A stretch of DNA of 64,000 nt, taken from Azolla caroliniana (lineage: Eukaryota; Plantae; Polypodiophyta). The position numbers and the translations under genes are program-made. Of the stretch, positions 27,692 through 40,500 are shown piece by piece; positions within the stretch are counted from its first letter, which is position 1; every line of letters begins with the position of its first letter. Below the pieces are notes generated by a model. It made no database searches and was not told the origin of the DNA. It saw nothing but the letters and a program-made list of their open reading frames with translations. The DNA is taken from positions 1,612,001-1,676,000 of the forward strand of contig JBHGNT010000003.1 in assembly GCA_043228905.1 (NCBI GenBank), given 5' to 3'.

Positions 27692-29670
27692 ACTCAGAAG
27701 TTATTTTTAAGACAATTTCTTATCAAGAAACCAAATGTCGAAAAAAAAGAAATTGTTCAAAACAAACATATATCCATAACACTTCTAACCCTTCCTCAAC
27801 ATGACTTCAACAAAGCCATCTTCCCCGGTTCAAGTTCCCAATGTTCCTGCTAAACTTTGACATACACACTTGAATTTGTGACACACCATTACGTGGGCGT
27901 GGGCGTGGGCGGGGGCAATGGTAGCTGATGGAAGGGCTTCATGCGAGACTGGTGGGCAAATGTTGACGGCGCGGCGGAGCAGATATGTAGTGTTGCGTAT
28001 CTGCTTTTGAACTTCGAAGGGACTGATCCATCGGTGCATGAGCGACTCGCTGAGGTCACGACGACGGATGGGGAAATAGACGAGGACTTTGTCGCCGACG
28101 TGGTATTGATGGTCGGCGCGACCTGCATTGTGTTGTGATTTTTGGCGTAGTTGTGCTTGGTGCAGGTTGCTCGTGATGGCTTTGCAGAGGAGGGGTTGGA
28201 GTTGTTGCAGGTGGGACCACCAGGACACTGCGTTAGAGTGGAGTCTTGTGATTGGTTGCGGGACGACCACTTCTGGGGGTAAGCGCGGGTCCCTTCCGTA
28301 AAGGGCCCGAAATGGGCTAATGCAAGTGGAGGCTTGCACAGTTGTGTTGTAGGCATGCGTAATGAAGGGCAAGATCCGGTCCCAGGTCGAGTGCAGTGGA
28401 TCGATGTAGGCCGAGATTTGTTGTTTTAAGGTTCGATTGAGGCGCTCCGTCAATCCATTCGTTTGTGGATGGTAGGGTGACATGAATAATTGTTGGATTC
28501 CTAATTGTGTAGAAACTAGGCGTAGGAGCTCGTTGTTGAATTGGGGTCCTCGATCGAACAAGATTTGGAGTGGGCAACCATGGGGGAAGATGATTTTCTC
28601 CAATCATTTGGAGGCGATGGTCATAGCCTTGGCATCTGGGATAGCGGCCGTCTCAGCCCAACGCGTCAAGTACTCGGTTATGACGAGGATGAATTTGTTC
28701 CCTTCTTGTGACTCGGGAAAGGGGCCCATAATGTCCCATCCGAAAATTTCAAATGGAGCTTGAACTTGTATCGGATGTAAGAGGCCTTGAGCCACTTGAG
28801 GTGATTTGATGGCCTGACATAAGTTGCATGCTTTGATGTAGGAGGCGACCTCGTGGCATAGCCCCGGCCAATATAATTTGCAACGGATTTTGTCTAGCAC
28901 CTTATGAAAACCCAAGTGGCCGGACAACGGGTGATCGTGGAAGAAAAGAAGGTAAAGCAAGCACAGTTGCTCAGGCACGTAGACCCGGGGTTCCTTGCCT
29001 ACTTGGCAAAAAAGCAAGACATTATCCTACATCATGAATTGCTTGGTGAGGGATGATGTGGGCTCGGCTCGTAGGCGGTAGCAGATGTCTTGGATTTTTT
29101 TGTCGTGTTGTTGCATGTTGGCTATTTGGGACGAGGATATGGGGAAATTGATTGTGTCAGAGGCGATCTGGTTCGCCTGAAAGGATATGCGGGATAATCC
29201 ATCGGCGACGATGTTCTGGGGACCACGCCGATAGCGCAACGTGAATGTGTAATCCTGTAGCGCCAAAGCCCAACGGAGTTAGCGACCGGGTGGATGAGCC
29301 TTCTTTATGAGGGAGAGCAATGGCTGATGGTCGGTTTCGACTGATGTATTTGATCCGTGTAGGTATGGGTGGAAACGATGGAATGCCCAGACGATGGCGA
29401 GCAACTCTTTTTTGGTTGTCGAGTAATTTTGTTCGGCTTTGGTAAGTGACCGACTTATGTAGGCAATCGGGCGTAGTTGGTCGTCGTTGTCGGATTGGAG
29501 CAGGACCGCACCAAGGCCGACATTGGAGGCATCCATCTGCAGATGGAAAGGCTTCGTGAAATCAGGGTGGGCGAGGAGGTCAGAGGCTTGGAGTGTTCGC
29601 TTGAGCTGCAGGAAGCTAGATTCGCAGGCTTCGGTCCATAGGAAGGGTGTGTCTTTTTGCAGGAGCGCGC

Positions 29671-30354
29671 TGTTGTGAAGAAAACCGTCCCCAGGCGCAA
29701 ACCGTGTATAGCGTGTGTGAACCGGCCCTTACACGTGGGCACGCCCCTTGTTGTACAGTAGATAGGTAGGCACAAAGGTCAGATCCTAGGTAGCAATATT
29801 CTATAGGGAGAATCGAGGAGTATCTTTGTCCGAAAGGACAGAGAATTAATGTGATGTAAACGGGTAAGACGGCCTCCCTCCTTGAGCTATAAAAGAGAGG
29901 GAGACGGGGAGAGAAGGGTATCGCGCGCTAGAGGGAACGAAGTGCTGTCGGACTAGGACCGAGCTCTTCTTCTCTGTCGTTCTCCATAGTTTCTTTTGCG
30001 CAGGTTCTCAGGAGGCTGATTCTGCTCCGTGGAATGCCCGCGTGCTTCCGGCAGAATCTCCATCTTGCTCTCCTGTGTGCGTGGGTGTTCAGGCGTCGGC
30101 ATCCACCTCACCGACCTGATCGGCTGTAACCGTTCGAGTCATCTGCATACTTACAAATACATGCCTATTTTTACATACATACTCTAGTGTTCTCAACTCG
30201 TGTATCCTGTGTTGTTGTGCCGCGTCCCCGTGCGCTTCTTTGTCTATACGTGAGCGTCTCTCTCTCTCTCTCTGTGTTTTTCCTCACCTATTCCTCGGTC
30301 CAAGACCCCAGTGGTCCCGCCTTGTTCTCCACGCACGCGCGTAACAATGTGACA
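29671..30354 (+). mobile_element. Solo LTR (684 bp) nested in Gypsy-A pol; related to the LTRs of Gypsy-B and Gypsy-C
   Basis: TGT...ACA ends; interrupts APLR|ALLQKD; 4-bp TSD gcgc/acgc; TATA gctataaaag near 29886; aligns by eye with the reverse complement of 60780-61340 (acgaagtgctgtcg, ggaatgcccgNgtgcttccggcag, caagacccc..ggtcccgcct). Confidence 0.85.
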
Positions 30355-30880
30355 ACGCGTAGTGGGGCTGACAGGTCAGCTAGCCGTGGGATGAAGCGAA
30401 GAGAGAACGTGAGGAGGCCGAGGAAGCGTTGAAGCTGCTTGATTGTGGTGGGGCATGGGAATTTTTGGACTGCTTCCGTCTTCTCTGGGTCCATCTATAC
30501 TCCATCCGAGGAGATGATGTACCCGAGGAAGCGGAGGCGTGTACTACCCCATCGACACTTCTTCCATTGCAGCTGCAATCGATAACATTGAACACAAGTG
30601 AGGACCTCCCGAAGGACTTGAAGGTGTTCCAGCCAAGTGCTTGTATGTATCAGAATATTGTCTAGATAGACGATGATGACACGACAGGTGATGAGATCAT
30701 CGAAGATGGCGTTAGCCATTCGCTGGAATGTGCTCCCAGCATCGGATAGGCCGAAGGGCATTCATGTGAACTGAAAAATGCCTTTCCTAGTGCGGAATGC
30801 AGTTTTGTGGGCATCTTTAGGATTCATAGGGATCTGCCAATATCCCGAGGCCAGATCGAGGGAGGTGAAGTACTTTGATT

Positions 30881-31120
30881 TGCCGAGCTGGTCAAGGAGG
30901 TCGTCGATACGAGGGAGAGGATAGCGGTCATGGGTGGTGACATGGTTTAGTTGTCGGAAGTCGACACAAAAACGGTAAGAGCCATCCCCTTTCTTTACCA
31001 TGCCGAGCTGGTCAAGGAGGTCGTCGATACGAGGGAGAGGATAGCGGTCATGGGTGGTGACATGGTTTAGTTGTCGGAAGTCGACACAAAAACGGTAAGA
31101 GCCATCCCCTTTCTTTACCA
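30881..31120. repeat. Perfect in-frame 120-bp tandem duplication inside the Gypsy-A RT
   Basis: 30881-31000 equals 31001-31120, duplicating MVKKGDGSYRFCVDFRQLNHVTTHDRYPLPRIDDLLDQLG. Confidence 0.97.
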
Positions 31121-32218
31121 TGTGTGGCTCCGAGATCCACTCGCTCTCAGAAGGTGTGATAATCCCCTGTTGTAGCATAGTTTTGACGGCGTTGTCGATG
31201 CGCTCGTGGTCGAGAGGCGAGCGACGTCGAGGAGCTGCGTGGATGGGGCGGGTGTTGCCTATAGGAATCGTGTGGTGAATCGGAAAACGGACCGAGGGAG
31301 GTTTTGTAGTGACGCCGAATGTGGCCATAGTTGTTGCAGTAGAAACATTTGGGGCGTCCCTGGCTATCTCGTTCGGGCAATGCACGCTTGGCGCGTAATT
31401 GCGTGTTTTGGACGTCGATGTCCATGGGAGTGGCGGCTGGCATAGTGGTTATATGATCGTGACTGAGATTACCTGGTGTGTGCATGTCGTGCGCGTCTGC
31501 AACTTCGATGCGTTGGGCGGTGAGGATGGCTTCGTGTAGTGTCGTCGAGCCTTGATCGCGTACATGGCGGCGGAGGTCATGTTGGATATGCGGCCAGAAG
31601 AAAAACAACTTCATGTCTTCCGACATGTTGGCGTCAGCCCGGCATAGGATCTGCACAAACCGAACCACGAACTGGGTGATGGGTTCGCGTGGCTGTTGGG
31701 CAATTGACTCGAGTTGTTGTAGGGCCGTCTGGCGGGAGTCTTGATGAGCAAAATTCCGAATCATGGCTGCCCGTAACAGATCCCAGTCGTTGCGTGTCTC
31801 TTCAGGTTGTTGTACGAGCCATGTTGCTGCGATATTCTCGAGGAGTGTCTTCATTTCCATTGCCTTCCAGGGGTGTGGCCACTGGTGGTAACAGGCCACC
31901 ATTTCGAAATGATCCAGCCAAGAGAGGACGTCTTCCGATGGTAGGCTGGAGAATGGTTTTGGGCGAACTCGAGGGTCCGGGAGATTCTGTTGTGGCTCGG
32001 ATCGTGCTGAAAGAAATGACAACATGGCTTGGTTAGTATGGTTAACTTGTAAAATAATGTTGGGCAGGGCTTGAACCAGTTGGTCGATTGGCGATGTGGG
32101 CTGATGGTCTAGAATTTGTTGTTGGAGGAATTCCGGATTCATTGAGTTTGCGTTGCCACCATTGTTGTTGTGTTGCATCGTGGCGTGTGTTGTTGGGGTC
32201 ATGAGTTGGGGTTGCTTT

Positions 32219-32235
32219 GCCCGTCTTCTCCACCA
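32219..32235 (-). promoter_or_regulatory. Primer-binding site, tRNA-Ala-like
   Basis: Minus strand TGGTGGAGAAGACGGGC, 3 nt after the LTR end CA; matches the complement of a eukaryotic tRNA-Ala 3' end (GCCCGCATTCTCCACCA, recalled) at 15/17. Confidence 0.7.
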
Positions 32236-35200
32236 AGATGTGAAATGCTCAAGATGTGAAATGCTCTCCAGAATAACTTCCCCTTTCCATTATGTTCTAA
32301 CTTACATTTTATAGACTACTCTTAGCGTGGAGGGTGTTCTCCCGCTCCAATTAGCTCTTCTAATTATGGGGCTTGGTAGGGGCCTAATTTGGGTATGGTC
32401 CATGTGACCGCCACAATAGTAAGTCAAACAAGAAAGGATCTAGTACTACATTTCTCTCCCCCTTCCCCAAGAAAGATTGACCTGAGTCGTCTTTAGAAGA
32501 TCTTCTAAATATTAGAGAGGATTTAAATAAATAACCATTTCGTTTTTTCGAAAACAACCTAATGAAAAATCCAATGAGGACATAGGATATAATTTTTTTT
32601 CCCATAAAAATATCCTCCATTGGTATTAAAATTAAAGGAAACTATATACATATATTGTGGTGCATCTCTTCAAAACTAATACAACCCCTCCTTGGCATAT
32701 CCATAGTCTCTATAGACTCTTTTTAGTGCATTCCATGAGACGATATTTGAAACCATAATTGTGGTAAATGTTTTCTGCACCGTTTCTCCGTTCGAGCATA
32801 TCTCGAAATTAAACTAGACCATTCAAAAAGACTTATTGCTTGTCTTATGGCAAAGACTTGTTAAGCTTCAAGCAAGTGCATAGGATATATTAATAGTATA
32901 TTAGTGCACTTAGAAATGTTGAACATAGAAATAGTCAAATCTTGTGAATACCAAACACACACCACCACTTATGGACACTCCATGAGTTCCGATGCAAGCT
33001 TGGCTTTACTAGCAACTCCACTTTTCATTGTTAACCACCAATGGGATCCACAACATTGGGAGTCGGGACCAAGCTAGAAACTCATGCCACAAACAACCAG
33101 AAACATGGAGATGGTAACAATAAAACCGACAAGTCAAATTCAAACTTAGTCACACACTTCCGACAACATCTAAACATTGTCATCCCTTTTGACAATAGAG
33201 AAAGGATACTTGTACCCGACAATAGTCATGTTAATGATAACAAAAGGCAACCCAAATAAGCAAACTTGTACCTTGTTTTATAGGAGTCAACAACACCTAC
33301 GACCGTGTAGAAAGATTCAAACAAATTATACGAGCCTACAAAACACTCTCAAGTTGTTCATACACAAGACTTAAGGATGACCGTCCCTTTAGAAATTGAC
33401 ATTATCTGCATGATAGTAAGTGTTTTCAGCTCTCACCCATTCATGCGTTTTTTGCGTGTAGGCTTGAACCCTGTAGGTTTTATTACCTTTTCCATGTAAA
33501 CTACATTCAATTCATAAATCCATAAGCAATCAATTGATTGATAAGAAAGGCCATCTTAACTAGAAGTCATAGCTATGCCGTTCATAAATGTTTGATCCAT
33601 AAAGTTTAAGTTGTACATTACCTTATATAAATGTGGTGGATAATGTTCACTTGCCAATAATCTTTTGAAAGGAACCACTTGCAATTTTATGTTTGCAACA
33701 TAAAATTGTATAGACCTTTTTTGGGTGCCCTTCTTTTAAGAGGTCCTTTCTTCCAAAGCTACGTAAACATCATGTTGTATTAGTGAGAGTTGCATTCTTT
33801 TGCATAGTTGGTCATGCTAAAACTCAATTCCTAGTTCTATATTCTTATTTCAAACAACGTGTCTTGTCTCTCATGTAATAGTCGTCAAAGGTGGATGTCT
33901 AGGTCCTTGTGCATAGGGGTTTAACTTATCGAAGGGATAGTGAAATTTAGTTTGTTGTTCTTATGCCTTTGATTTATTTTTATTTTTTTTCGAAAAAAAT
34001 ATACTTCATTGGTATTAAAATGAAAATGGCCAAAGGCAATATACAAAATAGTCCAACAATCCAATGATTCTAGGTAAGGATAATTCCTTCAAACAAACCT
34101 GAGGAATAGCCTTTAATATTTCCGTCCAACTCTTCCGCAATAAATTATCCATGATCACTAAACCGGTCTTTGACATGTGAAACAAACATAAAGCAAATAA
34201 TGACTATTATTTTGTGTACATGCTAAATTTAAAACATGAAGAATAGTCTTCAATACTTCCTTCAAGGTCTTCTGCGGTAGATCATGGACAATCACTCAAC
34301 CGGTCTTTGATATTATCAATTGCTTTACACTATATGCTTCCTCCTCGAAGATATGTAGGCTGTAAACTAGTTTTTCATTGACTTGCATCACAAGATCTTG
34401 GGAAATCGTTGTTCTTCAACACCTGTTACAAATGATGCATTTGGAAACAACAAACCTACCATGATACCCATGCACTTGGAATTCCTTCATCTCCACAACC
34501 CCTCAACAATCTGCTTTATCACAAGAAGAGAATAATACATCAACAGTCCGGTTTACCATAACTTTCATATTCTCACATTAGCCATGTCGACTTTCGCTTG
34601 ATCATAAACTCAAAAAAACATGCTTCGATCCCCACACCATCTTCACTCATCCTTATCCCTCAAAAGAATTTGCTACTTAAGTCCAAATCAACCATCTCGC
34701 CGATTACCACCAAGTTCCTGTACAAATAACACCAAAATGAGTATAGAATGTTTTCTCATCCCCTCATATATTTGCTTCAGCCCCCACACCATCAATGCTC
34801 ATCCTCTTGTCATGGCAATATGCTATAAAGACAAATAACTATGTGACAAAAACAACAACTAGATCCTGTTTTCTGCAATCCCTAAGAAACCTAAGATCTT
34901 CTTCATTCCGTCCACATCAACATCTTGCCGACCAGCTTGCCATGTCGCCGACTACCACCAACATCCTGTACGAATATAAAAGAAATGAGTCTAAAAAATT
35001 CCTCTCGTTATGACAATCTGCTTCAGCCCCCACAACAACATCACTTATCCAAACAAAAACAACAACGCTCATCTATGTTATGTCATGTTGTTTGTACTAA
35101 AGACAGTGCCAAAGGCGGGAACGACCAACGAGGTGGTACGTAATTCCACTTTACATTAGAGGTTGTATCCAACATAATAGGAATAGATGACCAAACTCTA

Positions 35201-36996
35201 CAAATTCTCATTCTTTTCTTATTAGTTTTATTTCCAGAACCCTTATAACTATCATAATCACCTTTAATCGTATGTACCAATAAGTCCCAAAAAGACTTAA
35301 CTTGATCCACAATGTGAATGTTTTCATCATTGTATAGCTTGGAACACCTAGCTTTCCAAAGAACCCATAAAGCCAAAGAGGAGACAATTTGGCAGACGTA
35401 ACTCTGGGAGAAAAACTTGATTCCATGCAAGGAGCTTGAAGTAGAGTATACCTGAAAACTTCTCACATGTAATGTCAAGGAAGAAGAATGATGATGATAA
35501 AAAGTCATTTATTGATCCAACCTTCCCTAGAAGACTGCACCCCACGTGAAAATCCCCGACCTATACTTACCACCTAGTAGCCTAAGAATTCGAAACCTTT
35601 TTTTTTGCGACAACACATTCCCAAAACACATGATGCAATGACTCACATACAAAACCACACATAATGCATGACCGATCAATCACAAATCCCCTCAGCAATC
35701 ACCTACTTGCAACACATATTGAATCATCAACCAATGAAAGTGTAATATCTTGTTCATACATTTAGTTGACCAAAATTGTTTCCAAAACATCACCATATGA
35801 GACATTACTATCCTCCCAATACTTTTTTCCAGCAGGTACTGACTCGGTCTGCCTCAACATAAAGTTTCTTCCAAACGCCACTGAATATGTGAAGAATGGG
35901 AGGACCTTAATGGCATTGTCAAGCATGGACAATCTCCAATCATAATCCGTTGGATCCCACTACAGATCAGCAAGTGGCCTAGAGTGTAAAATCCAAATAT
36001 GAGATGAAGAGTTAGCAATTAAGGGACTAGTGTCAATAAACAATTTTTTATCCAATCTAGCAATTACTCGCATTGGTAACTACTTTGCAGCGGACATAAT
36101 TGGACACTCATCATCTACTAATACCAACCTACCATTATCCAAAACTTCATAAAAATAGAGGCTGCCATTTTGATGATATAAACGAGCTCCTACAAGTATA
36201 TTAAGTGTCAAAAACATACTGTACCAACCTTGAAAATGATCGGATTGCAAACTTGGCATTGTAACCTGATACACCATGGACAATTGAGATACCATTATGT
36301 TTGCTCGTCTTAAGTTTGACAACATATTCCTTTGGTCCTACCTTGAAGTGTGCAAAAACTTTATCCAATCCGCAACCGTACGGGTTGGACCATTGTCCAT
36401 TGCAGCCCAAGATAACCTAAGGCATAGAACCAAAACACATGCAACTTCATCTGTAAATAAAGGGTTCCATATCAAAGTTTGACGCATGAATTGAGCATAA
36501 GTTTTCGGTGGCAAGAAAACAAGTGCTTGACGAAGACTTTCCCATGCCCGAAATATTCATTAACGAAATGTAACAATCCAACATTGGACTCAGGTAACGG
36601 AAAACTTGCATTCAAGAACCATCTAAGACTATCATTCCATTGACCACCTACTGATGGCTTGACCTTATGTAAATGCCGAATCCATAGCTTTTTCCATAAC
36701 TCCTCCCCTGGCTACTCCTAACAACATGTTTAGAAAGTAAGGTTTTACATTGCATAAACGGATCAATCAACCCTAGACCTCCTTTCTACTTAGATTGTAT
36801 AAGAACTGACTGAGCTACCTTTGCTACCAAACTGTCTGAAATGTTGTTCCCCCAAATAAAATTCCGTATTAGGCGTTGACCTTTAAGCATTATTGTCCTC
36901 GAAAACAACCATGTAGATGCTATATGTTGGGATTTCGGTCCCTCCGGATGGGATGTCCGGAGATGAATGACGGCAAGCCCGGTTGCGATTACGGAA

Positions 36997-37117
36997 CCGG
37001 ATGATGAAGAGTACCCGGCATGAAGCCGGATGATGAGTACCCGGCTACGGATCCGGATGATGAAGACCCCGGTTACGGAGCCGGATGATGAATGTACCCG
37101 GAGAGAGATCCGGATGC
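36997..37117 (+). repeat. U3 tandem array of four 27-29 bp CCGGATGATGA...CCCGG units in the Copia LTR (also at 41736-41856)
   Basis: Directly visible; lies upstream of the TATA-like tgtataaata near 37191. Confidence 0.9.
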
Positions 37118-37576
37118 GGGGACATATCTGTGAATATGTTTTTCCAAGAGCCCTTGCGGCTATATTTGTAAATAGCCCGAAAGTCATATGTGTATAAATA
37201 TGACTTAGGGCAAACAGTTTAATGTTGTTGCTTATTTTTCATGAGAAGTGAGAGCAGCCGAGAGAGAGAGAGAGAGAGAGACGAAGAGGTCGTTGCCTCT
37301 GTGTATTACCGCCGCCTGTGGCGAAGACAGTGAACTCAAGGTTGTTGCCTTGTAGCTTCACCATTGTACATCTCTGTTCATAGTGATAGTTGGAGTCTGA
37401 GGACTCCCGTGGTTTTTTCCCATTTAGGGTTTTCCACGTAAACATCCTGTGTACTCTCCTCTCTATTGTCTTCGTGCATTTTGTATTTCCCGTTTTCTGT
37501 GAGTTGATCCTATTCCTCGGTTGTGGCCGTGCACTATTTTTCGACAAATTGGTATCAGAGCGAACTGCTGCAGAAA

Positions 37577-40500
37577 ATGGAAGGCGGCGGCAGCGGGCAG
37601 CCGGGGATGATGGTGCTGAATGCACAGAATTACGCCGACTGGAAGATAAAGATGGAAGACCTTCTCATCGTCCGAGACCTGTACGAACCGATCGACAATG
37701 CCGAGATACCCAAGGGGGTAATAGAGTCGGAGTGGAAGCTCCTGAACCGGAAAGCCGTAGCGACGATCCGGCAATATGTCGATGTAAGTGTCCTGCAACA
37801 TGTGGCGAACGACACCAACGCATATGAAATGTGGAAGAAGCTGTCGGGCCTCTACGAGAGGAAGAATGCGTTGAACCGGACCTCCCTGATGAGGAAGATT
37901 GTGAATCTCAAGTACCGGGACGGCGAGAGTATGGTGGAACACGTAAGCACGTTCATGGGATTCGTGAATCAGCTTGCGGCGATCAAGTTCCCGCTGGAGG
38001 ATGCAATGCAAGCCATCATCCTGATGTGTACATTGCCGGACAGCTGGGAGAACTTGGTGGTGACTCTCAGCACCTCCTGCACCGAAGATAACTTGTCCTT
38101 GCAAACGGTAAAGACAAGTATCTTGAACGAAGAAGCGCGTCGGAGAGACAAGGAACCGGCCTCCGAACCGAAGATGCTATTTACCGAATCGGATCGGGGA
38201 AGACAATGGAACCGGAGTCCGCAAAGACGGGAGAAGTCGGGGACCCGGTCGCAGTCAAGAGGAAGGCCCACATGCTTCCACTGTGGGAAGCCGGGGCACT
38301 TCCGAAAGAATTGTCGGCATTACCGAAAAGACAACGGAGCCGACGACACCGATTCGAAGAAGTCACCGGAGAGAAACGGTGCATACCGGGGAGCCACGGA
38401 CCGGAGAGGTTCGGATCGGCGAGGGCAGGACCGGAAAGGAACGACGGCACTCGCGGCAAGTGAAGAAGAAATCATGCTCATCACCGAAGAAGGTGAGCTA
38501 AACATTGCCGGCGATGAGACGACCTGGGTGGTCGATTCCGGAGCATCGTTCCACCTGACCCCGGAGAGAAGATACTTCTCATCCTACACAGCCGGGGAGC
38601 ATGGCTGTGTTCGGATGGGAAACGAAGGTACGTGCCGGATTGCCGGCATAGGAGATGTGTGGCTGACAACCCCGACCGGATGCAAAATGCTGCTGAAGAA
38701 TGTCCGACACGTTCCGGAGGTCCGACTGAACCTGATTTCGGCCGGGAGGCTAGATGACGAAGGCTACACGGGTAGCATCCAGAACGGCGTAATGAAGTTC
38801 AGCAAGGGGAGCCTGATAGTGGCTCGGGCCCGGAAAGACAACACACTGTACCTGATGAATGCTCGGTTATGTCCGGAAGAGCTGAATGTGGCAGCCGACA
38901 CTGCCGGTGAGCTGTGGCACAAGAGACTGTGCCATATGAGTGAGAAGGGGATGAAGAGGCTTGCAGAAGACAATCTTATTCCAGTGAAGCATGTGCACCT
39001 GGAGAGGTGCACCGACTGTCTGGCCGGTAAGCAAAACCGGACCTCCTTCCACTCAAGGCCACCGACGAGACGTAGCGCACCATTGGAGTTGGTGCACACT
39101 GATGTGTGTCAGGTAGAAACGAAGTCACATGGCGGAGCCCAGTACTTCGTAACATTCATCGATGATCATAGCCGAAAACTGTGGACGGCACCGATGAAGA
39201 CAAAGGACCAAGTGTTGTGCGTCTTCAAAGATCTCCACGCGAGAGTGGAAAGGGAATCCGGCAAGAAGCTGAAAGCGATACGAGCGGATAACGGAGGGGA
39301 ATACCGGGGGCAGTTCCAGGAGTACTGTCGCTCGAAGGGAATCCGGCTCGAGTTTACTGTGCCGAAGACGCCGGAACTGAACGGGCTGGCCGAGAGGATG
39401 AACCGGACCATAATGGAGAGGGTCCGGAGTATGCTGGCGCATGCGAAATTACCCAAGGGATTTTGGGCTGAGGCAATGTCGACGGCGACATATGTGATAA
39501 ACAGATCACCCTCAGTACCTTTGGACGGAGACACGCCGCAGAGAGTGTGGACCGGTAGGGAAGTATCCTACCGGCATCTGAAGGTGTTCGGGTGTCTCGC
39601 ATACGTGCATGTGGCAAAGGACCGGAGAGGGAAGCTAGATCCAAAGACCCGGCCATGCATATTCCTCGGTTACGGCGACGACGAGTTCGGCTACCGAGTA
39701 TGGGACCCGGTCGACAAGAAGATATTCAGGAGTCGAGACATCATCTTCATGGAGGACAAGACACTCGCCGACTTGGAGTCGGAGAAGAAGATGAAGAGCT
39801 CCAAGTCGACCGGTGAGGATAAACTCTACGAGGAGCAGTCCCGACCGGCAAGGGACCGGTTAGCACTCGAGGATCCGGCCGAAGACGGTGAAGAAAGAGA
39901 ACCGGCCGAGGAAGATGAAAATGATACCGGAACCGTTCCCGATCCCGAAATGGATTCGGATGAAGAAGAAGAATCAGAAGAACCGGTTACCGAAGCTCCG
40001 GAACGGAGATATCCTCTAAGAGAGAGAAGGGCCCCCCGGAGATTTCCGGAACCAGAGCACGTGCTGCTAACCGACGAAGGGGAGCCGGAGAGCTTTGAAG
40101 AAGCAAAGCATGACACCCAGAGCCGCAGGTGGTTGAGTGCCATGCAGGACGAGATGGATTCCCTGCATGAGAACCACACATATGAACTTGTGGAGTTGCC
40201 GAAAGGAAAACGGGCACTCCGTAACAAGTGGGTGTTCAAGCTGAAACCGGGAGATGCCGGAAACCCCCCGAGATACAAAGCCAGGATCGTGGTGAAGGGG
40301 TTTCAGCAGAAGAAGGGCGTCGACTTCGACGAGATATTTGCCCCGGTAGTGAAGATGACCTCCATCCGGACGGTGCTGAGCATAGCGGCAAGCATGGACC
40401 TCGAGGTAGAACAGATGGACGTGAAGACGACATTCCTTCACGGTGACCTCGAAGAAGAGATCTACATGCAGCAACCGGAAGGATTCGAGAAGAAAGGGAA

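Larger units (their letters stand above)
27880..32450 (-). mobile_element. Decayed Ty3/Gypsy retrotransposon (Gypsy-A): LTR, tRNA-Ala-type PBS, gag, RT-RNaseH-integrase; protease deleted, 3' LTR not found
   Basis: Gag 31147-32202 (PKPFSSLPSEDVLSWLDHFE; CFYCNNYGHIRRH). RT YRFCVDFRQLN/LDLASGYWQ/MPFGL/YLDN; RNaseH DASNVGLGAVL...YSTTKKELLA; integrase HDHPLSGHLG..CNLCQ/GWDIMGP/YHPQTNGLTER. Many stops. LTR-like TGT...ACA segment at 32239-32450. Confidence 0.9.

Noticed and set aside
32500-33900. Possible env-like extra ORF next to the Gypsy-A LTR
   Set aside because: No sustained ORF or transmembrane/Cys pattern in the translations I checked.
36997-37117. CRISPR-like repeat-spacer pattern (also 15010-15570)
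   Set aside because: Eukaryotic context, spacers short and related to each other, no cas genes; ordinary tandem repeats.
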